54,577 bases of DNA from Gammaproteobacteria bacterium. Lineage in GTDB: Bacteria > Pseudomonadota > Gammaproteobacteria > Burkholderiales > Burkholderiaceae_E. Position 1 is the first letter of the stretch; the number at the start of each line of letters is the position of its first letter. The translations under genes and the position numbers were made by a program. Shown in pieces: positions 37,085-45,060 of the stretch. A model generated the notes under the pieces. The model saw only the letters and a program-made list of their open reading frames with translations, was not told the DNA's origin and did no database searches. The stretch covers positions 1-54,577 of the forward strand of contig JBKHVS010000002.1 of the NCBI GenBank assembly GCA_046569945.1, in the 5' to 3' direction.

Positions 37085-37681
37085 ATGCACCGACTCCTGA
37101 AGCTCCTCGCCTCCCTCCTGATCGCGGGCGCCGCCCTGTCGGGCTGCTCGCCGATGCGGGCGCAGAATCCCGGTGGCGCGCTGAGCCCGGTGAACGCCGT
37201 CGCCGTCGAGGACGACGCCCGCCTGATGCTGGCCGGCGCCGACGTCGTCGCCTACTTCACCGAGGGCCGGTACCGGCAGGGCAGTCCGGGCTTCAGGAGC
37301 GTCCACGAGGGCGTGAATTTCCGGTTCGCGAGCGCGGAGCACAAGGCGATGTTCGACGCGGCGCCGGCGAAGTACCTGCCGCAGTTCGGCGGCTACTGCG
37401 CCAACGGCATCGCCTACGGCATCCCCTGGGGCGGGGATGCCGACACCTGGCGGATCTTCGACGGCCGCCTGTACATCTTCGGCGGCACGGCCTCGCTGGA
37501 AGCCTTCGAGCTGGACACCCCCGGCAACCTGGCGCTCGCGCACCGCCACTGGTCAGAGGAGATCGCGGGCAGCAACAGCTTCCTGCAGCGCGCGAAGCGG
37601 CTGGTGTTCCGCGTGCCGCACTACCGCAGCGGCGAGGAGCTGGCGCGGATGGTCGAAGAGGCGCGGGCCGCGAAACGCTGA
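37085..37681 (+). CDS. YHS domain-containing (seleno)protein family lipoprotein, Cys form (198 aa)
   Basis: Lipobox LSGC (Cys21). GADVVAYF...FRFASAEHKAMF..APAKYLPQFGGYCANG...DGRLYIF, with TGC (Cys) at 37397. Confidence 0.85.
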   Translation: MHRLLKLLASLLIAGAALSGCSPMRAQNPGGALSPVNAVAVEDDARLMLAGADVVAYFTEGRYRQGSPGFRSVHEGVNFRFASAEHKAMFDAAPAKYLPQFGGYCANGIAYGIPWGGDADTWRIFDGRLYIFGGTASLEAFELDTPGNLALAHRHWSEEIAGSNSFLQRAKRLVFRVPHYRSGEELARMVEEARAAKR

Positions 37682-37763
37682 CGGCAGGGGCGCGCCCGCC
37701 GCGCCGGCGCCGAACCAGCGCCGAATTCGCGTGGATTCAGCCCCGACTCGGCGTTGCGCCGGC

Positions 37764-38471
37764 TCAGGGCCGCGCGGAGTCCACGATCAGCCCGGCCAGA
37801 CGCCATAGCGCCAGCCGGTGCGCGGCGGCCAGGCCATCCGGCCCCGGCTGCTCGGCTGCCGTGACGAAGGCATCCTCGAAGACGCGCGGCGGCGCGGCGC
37901 CGCGCGCCTCCGAGAGCGTCCAGCGGGCGCGCACCGCCACCCCGCGCCGGTCGGGCAGGACGTCGAAGGCGAGCAGCTCCACTGCCAGCTGCGGCCCGAA
38001 CGAGGCCCCTGGCGGCACCGGCGCCAGCCAGACGGCCGCGCCCAGCCGGCGCTCCAGGTCGCGGCGCATCAGCCGGGGCACCGCGTCGCGCAGCGGCTCG
38101 GCCCAGCGCAGGCCGTCCAGCGGCCGCAGCCCCGCAGCGCCCTGCGGAACCAGCACAGCGTCTCGGTCCAGGTAGCCGGGCAGGACCACGGGCGGGCGCA
38201 GCAGCCAGGCCGGCTGAGGCTGCCGGGCGTGTCCGGGCAGCAGCGGCGGCTTCTCGGCGCCCGCGCCGACGGGCGCTGCCAACCGTCCCGTGTCCTGCCG
38301 GGTCGACTGCGACGACGGCTCCGGCGGATCGAGCGGCAGGCGGATCCAGGACACCGGCGCCAGCGGCGCCGCGCAGCCCGCGAGCGCCGCCGCGAAGGCG
38401 AGCAGCGGCGCAGCGCCGGCCGCGCGCAGGAATCGCCGCCGGGAAGCAAGGCAGCGGCGGGCGGGGGTCAT
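37764..38471 (-). CDS. PqiC-like ABC transport auxiliary lipoprotein
   Basis: RRRFL and lipobox LAGC, LPGYLDR, RWAEPL. GGAGG RBS before ATG 38471. Last gene of the MCE operon. Confidence 0.82.
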   Translation of the reverse strand: MTPARRCLASRRRFLRAAGAAPLLAFAAALAGCAAPLAPVSWIRLPLDPPEPSSQSTRQDTGRLAAPVGAGAEKPPLLPGHARQPQPAWLLRPPVVLPGYLDRDAVLVPQGAAGLRPLDGLRWAEPLRDAVPRLMRRDLERRLGAAVWLAPVPPGASFGPQLAVELLAFDVLPDRRGVAVRARWTLSEARGAAPPRVFEDAFVTAAEQPGPDGLAAAHRLALWRLAGLIVDSARP

Positions 38472-38511
38472 GGGGATCCTCCGACTGTAGTGCATGGGCG
38501 TTGCGGCTCGC

Positions 38512-39507
38512 TCAGCGCGCCGCTTCGCGGCCGCGCAGCAGCGCATCCGGATGGCGTTCCAGCGTCTCGCCGAGCTCGCGCAGCGACCGGGCGGCGTTCG
38601 AGACGTCCCTCAGCGCCTGCTGCGCGCCGATGCGCAGCGCCGAATCCTCGCCCGCCGCCGCGCCGAGCGCAGCCGAAGCGCGGGCGAGCTCGTCGGCAGC
38701 GCGCCGGATTTCCGCAAGCGCCGGGGCGCCGGCGTCCGCCAGCGCACCGAAGCGGTCCGCGGCGGCCCCGACCCGCTGCGCGCCGCGATCCAGCTCGCCC
38801 AGCGCGCGTTCCGACTGCGCGAGCGTCGTCCGCGCCGAGCGGGCGAGCGGTCCCAGCTCGCGCCCGGCTCGTTCGGCGAGCCGCTCCAGCGCCTCGGCGG
38901 CGCCGGCGGCCCGCGCCAGCGCGCGCGCCGCATCCGGCCCCTCGGCAAGTCCGCGCACCGCGGCCGCGATCGCGGCGAGATCGCGACCGATCTGCGCCAG
39001 GTCCACGCCCTCCAGCTGCGCCTGGAGCGTCTGCAGCCGCGGCGGCGCGGTCGGAATCGACGGCAGGCTCCCCGGACCGGCCTGCGCCGGCGCGGCGGCG
39101 CGCGATGCGTCGAGATCCAGGTCGACGTAAAGCTGGCCCGTCAGCAGGCTCTGCATGGCCAGCCGGCCGACGAGCCCGCGCTCGATCAGCGCTGCGACGG
39201 CCGGGCCTTCCGGAGGAGGAGCGCCGACGAGATCGCGCAGCAGCGCCCGGTCGAACTCGGCGGTCACCGGAATTTCGACGCCGCCCTGCTCCTGCGGCGC
39301 CAGGCCGATCGCCCGGACCTGCCCAACTCGAACCCCGCGGAACACGACCGGCGCGCCCACCTGCAGCCCGTAGACCGAGCTGTCGAAGCGCATCACCGCG
39401 CGCTCGCTGGCGGCGAACCAGCGCCCCGCCGCGATCAGCACCGCGAGCGCCAGCAGCGCCGTCCCGGCCAGCGCCAACAGCCCCACGCGCAGCGCGGCCG
39501 GCCTCAT
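38512..39507 (-). CDS. MlaD/MCE domain protein
   Basis: FDSSVYGLQVGAPVVFRGVRVGQV, QSLLTGQLYVDL, a long helical region and LERHPDALLRG. Confidence 0.9.
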   Translation of the reverse strand: MRPAALRVGLLALAGTALLALAVLIAAGRWFAASERAVMRFDSSVYGLQVGAPVVFRGVRVGQVRAIGLAPQEQGGVEIPVTAEFDRALLRDLVGAPPPEGPAVAALIERGLVGRLAMQSLLTGQLYVDLDLDASRAAAPAQAGPGSLPSIPTAPPRLQTLQAQLEGVDLAQIGRDLAAIAAAVRGLAEGPDAARALARAAGAAEALERLAERAGRELGPLARSARTTLAQSERALGELDRGAQRVGAAADRFGALADAGAPALAEIRRAADELARASAALGAAAGEDSALRIGAQQALRDVSNAARSLRELGETLERHPDALLRGREAAR

Positions 39508-40253
39508 GCCGGCGCCCCGCCGCGCAGGAAGGCGCGCGCCGCCGCCGGGCCGTGCTCGAGCAGCTCGCCAGGCGGGCCCAGCGCGGTCATGGTCTTCTCC
39601 CTTTCGTCCAGGAACAGCACACGGTCGGCCACTGCGAACACGCTGCCGATCTCGTGCGTGACCATGACCACCGTCGTGCCCAGATGGTGCCTCAGATTCA
39701 GCACCAGCTCGTCGAGGCGGGCGGCATTGGCGGGATCGAGCCCCGATCCCGGCTCGTCGAGGAACAGCAGCTCCGGCTCCAGCGCGAGCGCCCGGGCCAG
39801 CGCTGCCCGCTTGCGCATGCCCCCGGACAGCTGCGCGGGCATCAGGTCGAAACCTCCGTCCAGCCCGACCAGCGCGAGCTTGAATCGCGCGCGGCGCTCG
39901 CGTTCGGCGGCGTCCAGGCCGGTGAACAGGCGCAGCGGCAGCATCAGGTTCTCACCGACGGTCATCGAGGTCCAGAGCGCGCCGGACTGGAACATCACGC
40001 CGAAGCGCCGGCGCAGCGCGGCGAGCGCAGCGGGCTCGCCATGGTGGAGGTCATGCCCGTGGTAGAGCACGCTTCCGGCCGCCGGCGGCTCCAGCCCCAC
40101 CAGGTGGCGCAGCAGGGTGCTCTTGCCGCTGCCGCTGGCCCCGAGGATGACGAGGACTTCGCCGGCGCGCACGTCGAAGTCCAGGCCCTGGAGCACCGGC
40201 GTGCCGCCGGCCTCGACCGCCAGCGCGCGCACCTGCATCAGCCCGGTCTCCAC
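39504..40253 (-). CDS. MlaF-like ABC ATP-binding protein
   Basis: GASGSGKST, FQSGAL, LSGGMRKRAALARAL, FLDEP and VTHE. Start GTG 40253 or ATG 40238. Confidence 0.9.
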   Translation of the reverse strand: METGLMQVRALAVEAGGTPVLQGLDFDVRAGEVLVILGASGSGKSTLLRHLVGLEPPAAGSVLYHGHDLHHGEPAALAALRRRFGVMFQSGALWTSMTVGENLMLPLRLFTGLDAAERERRARFKLALVGLDGGFDLMPAQLSGGMRKRAALARALALEPELLFLDEPGSGLDPANAARLDELVLNLRHHLGTTVVMVTHEIGSVFAVADRVLFLDEREKTMTALGPPGELLEHGPAAARAFLRGGAPA

Positions 40254-40255
40254 GA

Positions 40256-41386
40256 TCAGAACCCGAGGCTGGTGAGGACGACCGTGGTGCCGCAGGCCGC
40301 CGTCACGATCCACACCAGGGCCCGCACGACCGCCGCTGTGGCGGCCTCGCCGACCGCCTGCGCGCTGCGCCCGGCGTGCAGGCCGCAGCGGCAGCCGGCC
40401 ACCGCGACCAGCGCGACGTAGATCACGCCCTTGAAGAGGCCGATCCACAGGTGGGTGAAGGTGAGCGCGCGCAGGCTCTGGTGCAGGTACTCGGCGGTGC
40501 TGACGCCATAGGCCAGCACCGCCGCTGGCCAGCCCGCCACGATGCCGGCAAGCGCGCCGAAGGCGACCAGCGCCGGCGCCATCAGCACCAGCGCCAGCAG
40601 CCGCGGCAGCACCAGGTATTCGACCGGATCCACCCCGAGCACGCGCAGCGCATCGATCTCCTCGCCGGCCTGCATGGTCGCGAGCTGGGAAGCGAAGGCC
40701 GCGCCGACGCGGCCCGCGAGGATCACTCCGGTCATCAGCCCGGCGAGCTCGCGCACCATGCCCACGGTGACCACGTCCGCCAGGAAGCCCTGCGCGCCGA
40801 TGCGCCCGAGCTGCGCGCCGCCCATGTAGGCGAGCATCAGCCCCACCAGCGCGCAGGTCAGCAGCACGATGGGCAGCGAGCGCGGGCCGGTGCGGTCGAG
40901 CTGCTCCAGAACGTCGGAGAAGCGCAGCATCGAGCCGCCGCGCAGCCAGCGCCCGAGCGCGAGCAGCACTTCGCCGAAGAAGGCCACGGTGACGGCCGCC
41001 TCCGAGCGGCGCGCGGCGCCGCGGGCCTGGGGCTGCAGCGCAGGCGCAGCGCCCGCTTCCGAGCCCGCACGGGCCAGCTCCAGCAGCTCGCCCAGCCCGG
41101 GCGGCAGGCCCCGCAGATCCATCCTCACCCCGCGCCTGCGCAGGCTGCGCGCGAGATCCCAGAGATCGGCGGCGAGGACCGCGTCCCAGGCCTCCAGGCG
41201 GGCTGCGTCGACGACGGCCTCATCGCCCGCCGCGAGGCCCTCGGGCTGCGCCGGCCAGGCCAGGCGCCCGCCGCGGAGGTCGCCGCGGAGGTCGCCGCGC
41301 AGGGTCAGCGTCCAGCGGCCGGCGCCGCCGCTCCAGGAGCAGACGGGGCCGGGACTGACGATGGATGGGGAGCGGTCGGCAGGCAT
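40256..41386 (-). CDS. MlaE-family ABC permease with a STAS-like N-terminus
   Basis: VRELAGLMTGVILAGRVGAAFASQLATM..EEIDAL..LGVDP..YLVLPR and AVGEAATAAVV. Confidence 0.9.
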   Translation of the reverse strand: MPADRSPSIVSPGPVCSWSGGAGRWTLTLRGDLRGDLRGGRLAWPAQPEGLAAGDEAVVDAARLEAWDAVLAADLWDLARSLRRRGVRMDLRGLPPGLGELLELARAGSEAGAAPALQPQARGAARRSEAAVTVAFFGEVLLALGRWLRGGSMLRFSDVLEQLDRTGPRSLPIVLLTCALVGLMLAYMGGAQLGRIGAQGFLADVVTVGMVRELAGLMTGVILAGRVGAAFASQLATMQAGEEIDALRVLGVDPVEYLVLPRLLALVLMAPALVAFGALAGIVAGWPAAVLAYGVSTAEYLHQSLRALTFTHLWIGLFKGVIYVALVAVAGCRCGLHAGRSAQAVGEAATAAVVRALVWIVTAACGTTVVLTSLGF

Positions 41387-41551
41387 TGGAGACGGGGATC
41401 GTAACCGTGCCCGCCGATCGCGGGCTGGAAGCCCGTGCGCCGCTGCGGGCGGAGCCCGATCCTAGCAGCGCGCAGCGACGCCGCAACCGGCGCGGACCGG
41501 CGCCAGGACAGGCACGCGCTAGACTCCGACCGCCTGCCTCCCGGAATCGCC

Positions 41552-42232
41552 ATGGGCTTCTACCAGCGCCACCTGCTGCCCCGCTGCATCGACTGCGTCT
41601 GCTCGTCGCCTTCGCTGTCGCGCCCGCGCGCGCTGGTGGTGCCGCGCGCCGCCGGCGTGGTGCTCGAGCTGGGCGCAGGCAGCGCGCCCAACCTGCCCTT
41701 CTACGACCCTTCAAGGGTGCGCAGGCTGATCGCGCTGGAACCCTCGGCGGAACTGCGCGCGCTCGCCGCGCAGCGCATCCAGCGCAGCGGCCGGCCGGCC
41801 GACGCCTTCCCGGTGGAGCTGCTCGACGGTGTCGGCGAGGCCATCCCCCTTCCCGATGCCAGCGTCGACAGCGTCGTCTGCACCTATACGCTGTGCACCG
41901 TCACCGACCCCGCGCGCACCGCCGCCGAACTGATGCGCGTGCTGCGCCCCGGCGGCCGGGTGCACTTCGCCGAGCACGGCCTGGCCGGCACCGAGCGGGC
42001 CCGGCGCTGGCAGCGCAGGATCGAGCCCGCCTGGGTGCCGCTCGCCGGCGGCTGCCACCTGACCCGCCGGCCGCCGGATCTGCTTCGCGCGGCCGGCTTC
42101 GAGGTGGAATGGCAGGAAGGCCTGATGGGACCGTCCACCGCGGCCTGGCGCCTGGTGGACCGGCTGATGCACGGGTACTGGGGGTGCGCAACGCGGATTC
42201 AGGCGTGCCCCACCACCGCGTGCGGCACGTAG
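41552..42232 (+). CDS. Class I SAM-dependent methyltransferase (226 aa)
   Basis: VLELGAGSAPNL, DSVVCTYTLCTV, VLRPGG..FAEHG and AGGCHLTR. Confidence 0.88.
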   Translation: MGFYQRHLLPRCIDCVCSSPSLSRPRALVVPRAAGVVLELGAGSAPNLPFYDPSRVRRLIALEPSAELRALAAQRIQRSGRPADAFPVELLDGVGEAIPLPDASVDSVVCTYTLCTVTDPARTAAELMRVLRPGGRVHFAEHGLAGTERARRWQRRIEPAWVPLAGGCHLTRRPPDLLRAAGFEVEWQEGLMGPSTAAWRLVDRLMHGYWGCATRIQACPTTACGT

Positions 42233-43179
42233 GGAGCCTCCAGCGCCGCGACCTCCTCGGCCGTCAGCTTCAGCGACAGCGCCGCCACCGCATCGTCGAG
42301 CTGCGCGAGCTTGGTCGCGCCGACGATCGGCGCGGTCACTTCGCGCTTGCCGAGCACCCAGGCCAATGCCACCTGCGCGCGCGGCACGCCGCGCGCCGCG
42401 GCCACCTGCGCCACCGCCTCGACCACCTTGCGGTCCGCGTCGCCGGTCCTGGCGTACAGCGTGCGCCCGAACTCGTCGGTCTCCACCCGCGCGCTCGACT
42501 GGTCCCAGTCGCGGGTCAGGCGCCCGCGCGCCATCGGGCTCCAGGGGATCACCGCGATGCCCTCGTCCCGGCACAGGGGCAGCATCTCGCGCTCCTCCTC
42601 GCGGTAGAGCAGGTTGTAGTGGTCCTGCATGGCGACGAAGCGGTGCCAGCCGTGGGCGTCGGCGGTGAACAGCGCCTTGGCGAACTGCCAGGCGTACATC
42701 GAGGACGCGCCGATGTAGCGAGCCTTGCCGGCGCGCACCACGTCGTGCAGCGCCTCCATGGTCTCCTCGATCGGGGTGCGCGGATCCCAGCGGTGGATCT
42801 GGTACAGATCGACGTGGTCGGTGCCGAGCCGGCGCAGGCTGGCGTCGATCTCGTGCATGATCGCCTTGCGCGACAGGCCCATGCCGTTGGGGCCGGGCCG
42901 CATCCGGCCGTGCACCTTGGTGGCGATGACGACGTCCTCGCGGCGCGCGTAGTCGGTGAGCGCCCGGCCGACGATCTCCTCGCTGTTGCCGTCGGAGTAG
43001 ACGTTGGCGGTGTCGAAGAAGTTGAAGCCGAGGTCCAGTGCCCGCTTGAGGAAGGGCCGGCTCTCGGCCTCGCCGATCGTCCAGGGGTGGTTGCCGCGGC
43101 CCGGCTCGCCATAGCTCATGCAGCCCAGGCAGAGCCTCGAGACATCCAGGCCGGTGCGGCCGAACTTCACGTAGTCCAT
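42199..43179 (-). CDS. Aldo/keto reductase (YajO-like)
   Basis: LCLGCMSYG, FDTANVYS, IATKV, DLYQIHRWD, RYIGASSM and PWSPMARG. Confidence 0.95.
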   Translation of the reverse strand: MDYVKFGRTGLDVSRLCLGCMSYGEPGRGNHPWTIGEAESRPFLKRALDLGFNFFDTANVYSDGNSEEIVGRALTDYARREDVVIATKVHGRMRPGPNGMGLSRKAIMHEIDASLRRLGTDHVDLYQIHRWDPRTPIEETMEALHDVVRAGKARYIGASSMYAWQFAKALFTADAHGWHRFVAMQDHYNLLYREEEREMLPLCRDEGIAVIPWSPMARGRLTRDWDQSSARVETDEFGRTLYARTGDADRKVVEAVAQVAAARGVPRAQVALAWVLGKREVTAPIVGATKLAQLDDAVAALSLKLTAEEVAALEAPYVPHAVVGHA

Positions 43180-43264
43180 CTTCGTCTCCTCCAGTGCGTT
43201 CGAGTTGTGGCCACGATGTTACAGCGCAGCCCCGGCCAGGAACCCTCGGCAGCTCGCGGGGCTC

Positions 43265-43282
43265 TTGACAACCGGTTGTCAA
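43265..43282. promoter_or_regulatory. Perfect 18-bp palindrome TTGACAACCGGTTGTCAA, probable repressor operator
   Basis: An AT-richer perfect inverted repeat in a ~70% GC intergenic region, about 85 bp upstream of the AKR start. Confidence 0.65.
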
Positions 43283-43321
43283 TCTTCGGCGGCGCGAACA
43301 CGTCCACCGGCCCGGCGCGGG

Positions 43322-44989
43322 CTAGGAGGGCAGTGGCTTCCCGATCGGCTCGGCCTTCACCCGCAGGCCGACCGCCTCGCGATCCCAGGTGTCGGCGGTG
43401 ACGCCCTGCGCGCGCAGCTCGTGCTTGAGCACCTTCGCGGTCGGCGTCTTCGGCAGCTCGTCCAGCACGCGGACGTAGCGCGGCACCATGAAGTGCGCCA
43501 TCCGGCCGCGCAGGAAGTCGAGCAGCGCGGCGGGGTCCAGGCTGCGCCCTTCGACCGGCGCCACCACGACGAGCACGTCCTCCTCGGCGAACTCGCTGGG
43601 CACGCCCACCGCCGCTGCCTCGCGCACGTCCGGGTGCGCGCAGACCTCGGCCTCCACCTCGAAGGACGAGATGTTCTCGCCGCGCCGGCGGATCGCGTCC
43701 TTCATCCGGTCGACGAAGTGGAAGTAGCCGTCGGCGTCCTTGCGGAAGGCATCGCCGGTGTGGAACCAGCCGTTGCGCCAGGCCCGCGCGGTCGCCTCCG
43801 GATTCCGGTAGTAGCCGGAGTTCATCGCCCACGGCCGGTCGGCGCGGATCATCATCTCGCCGATCTCGCCGACGGGCACCTCGCAGTCGTTCTCGTCGAC
43901 CAGCCGCACCTCGACGCCCGCGCGCGCCTTGCCGCATGTGCCGCGCACCAGCGGGTTGGCCTCCGAGATCACCGGCGTCGAGATCTCGGTCATGTTGAAG
44001 ATCGTGTAGATGTCGCAGCCGAAGCGCCGCGAGAACGCGGCGATGTCGCCGGCCAGCGGCACCATGAAGGCCAGGCGCAGCGGGCTCTCGGCATCGTCGG
44101 GCCGCTGCGGCATCTTCTCCAGGAAGCTCGCCATCACGCCCAGCAGGAACACCGCGGTGGTGCCTGTGGCGCGCACCGTCGGCAGGAAGCTCTCGGTGTC
44201 GAAGCGCTCGAGCAGCGTGACCGAGCCGCCGCGCGCGAACATCGCGAAGATCACCGCGGTGCCGCCGACGTGGAACATCGGCATGTTGACCATGAAGCGG
44301 TCATCCGCGCGCAGGCAGGGCCAGGTGTCCTCGCTGGCGGAGGTGTAGCAGTGCAGGTAGGACGAAAGCACGCCCTTTGAAGGACCGGTGGTGCCCGAGG
44401 TGAAGATGATCGTCTGCGGATCCCAGGGTTCGATCGGGCGCTGCGGCGCGCGCAGCGTCCCGCCGGCCGGCATCAGCACGTCGGCGAAACGGTGCGACTG
44501 CAGCCCGGCGCAGCGCGCCTCGCCGCCGACCACCACCGCAGTGCGCAGGCGGGCCGGCGGCACCCCCTCGAGGCGCCCGGCGAGGTCCGCGTGCACCACG
44601 GCGACTTCGGCATCCGACAACGCGACGACATGCGCCAGAAGCGTGCCCTTGTAGGCGGTGTTGATCGGCACGTAGACCGCGCCGAGGTAGTTCACCGCGA
44701 ACCAGACGCACAGGTTCTCGCGGCCGTTGGGAAGCCAGACCAGCACGTGGTCGCCCTGCCCGACGCCCAGCTGCTGCAGCCCGACTGCGGTCTGCAGCAC
44801 CTTCTCGCGCAACTCGCGCCAGGTCCACTCCTCTCCGTCGTCGGCGAACTTCACGAAGACCGCGTCGGGTTTCTCGCGGGCCCAGCGGTCCAGCAGCTCC
44901 CGCGTGACGACGCGGTCGCGCGGCGGGATGCGCGGGTCGGCCGCCTGCGGGGCCTGGGGACAGGGCTCGACGACGAACGGTCCAGCCAT
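43322..44989 (-). CDS. ATP-dependent acyl-CoA ligase (CaiC-like; 555 aa)
   Basis: FTSGTTGPSKG, FNMTE, WFHTGD, DRMKDAIRRRGENISS and PKTPTAK. GAGGAG RBS before ATG 44989. Confidence 0.94.
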   Translation of the reverse strand: MAGPFVVEPCPQAPQAADPRIPPRDRVVTRELLDRWAREKPDAVFVKFADDGEEWTWRELREKVLQTAVGLQQLGVGQGDHVLVWLPNGRENLCVWFAVNYLGAVYVPINTAYKGTLLAHVVALSDAEVAVVHADLAGRLEGVPPARLRTAVVVGGEARCAGLQSHRFADVLMPAGGTLRAPQRPIEPWDPQTIIFTSGTTGPSKGVLSSYLHCYTSASEDTWPCLRADDRFMVNMPMFHVGGTAVIFAMFARGGSVTLLERFDTESFLPTVRATGTTAVFLLGVMASFLEKMPQRPDDAESPLRLAFMVPLAGDIAAFSRRFGCDIYTIFNMTEISTPVISEANPLVRGTCGKARAGVEVRLVDENDCEVPVGEIGEMMIRADRPWAMNSGYYRNPEATARAWRNGWFHTGDAFRKDADGYFHFVDRMKDAIRRRGENISSFEVEAEVCAHPDVREAAAVGVPSEFAEEDVLVVVAPVEGRSLDPAALLDFLRGRMAHFMVPRYVRVLDELPKTPTAKVLKHELRAQGVTADTWDREAVGLRVKAEPIGKPLPS

Positions 44990-45007
44990 CGGGATCTCCT
45001 CAATGCT

Positions 45008-45042
45008 GCGGTCGGCGGTCGGCGGTCGGCGGCCGGCGGCTG
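45008..45042. repeat. Intergenic 7-bp tandem repeat (GCGGTCG)x3 plus 2 degenerate copies
   Basis: GCGGTCG GCGGTCG GCGGTCG GCGGCCG GCGGCTG, read directly. Confidence 0.7.
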
Positions 45043-45060
45043 CGGCGCCGGCCCTTTGGC

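Noticed and set aside
29925-37681. Selenocysteine (UGA readthrough) in genes of the Se-associated locus
   Set aside because: The YHS protein has TGC at the Sec-equivalent site. The TGA stops of the other genes fall at normal C-termini with the next gene following closely.
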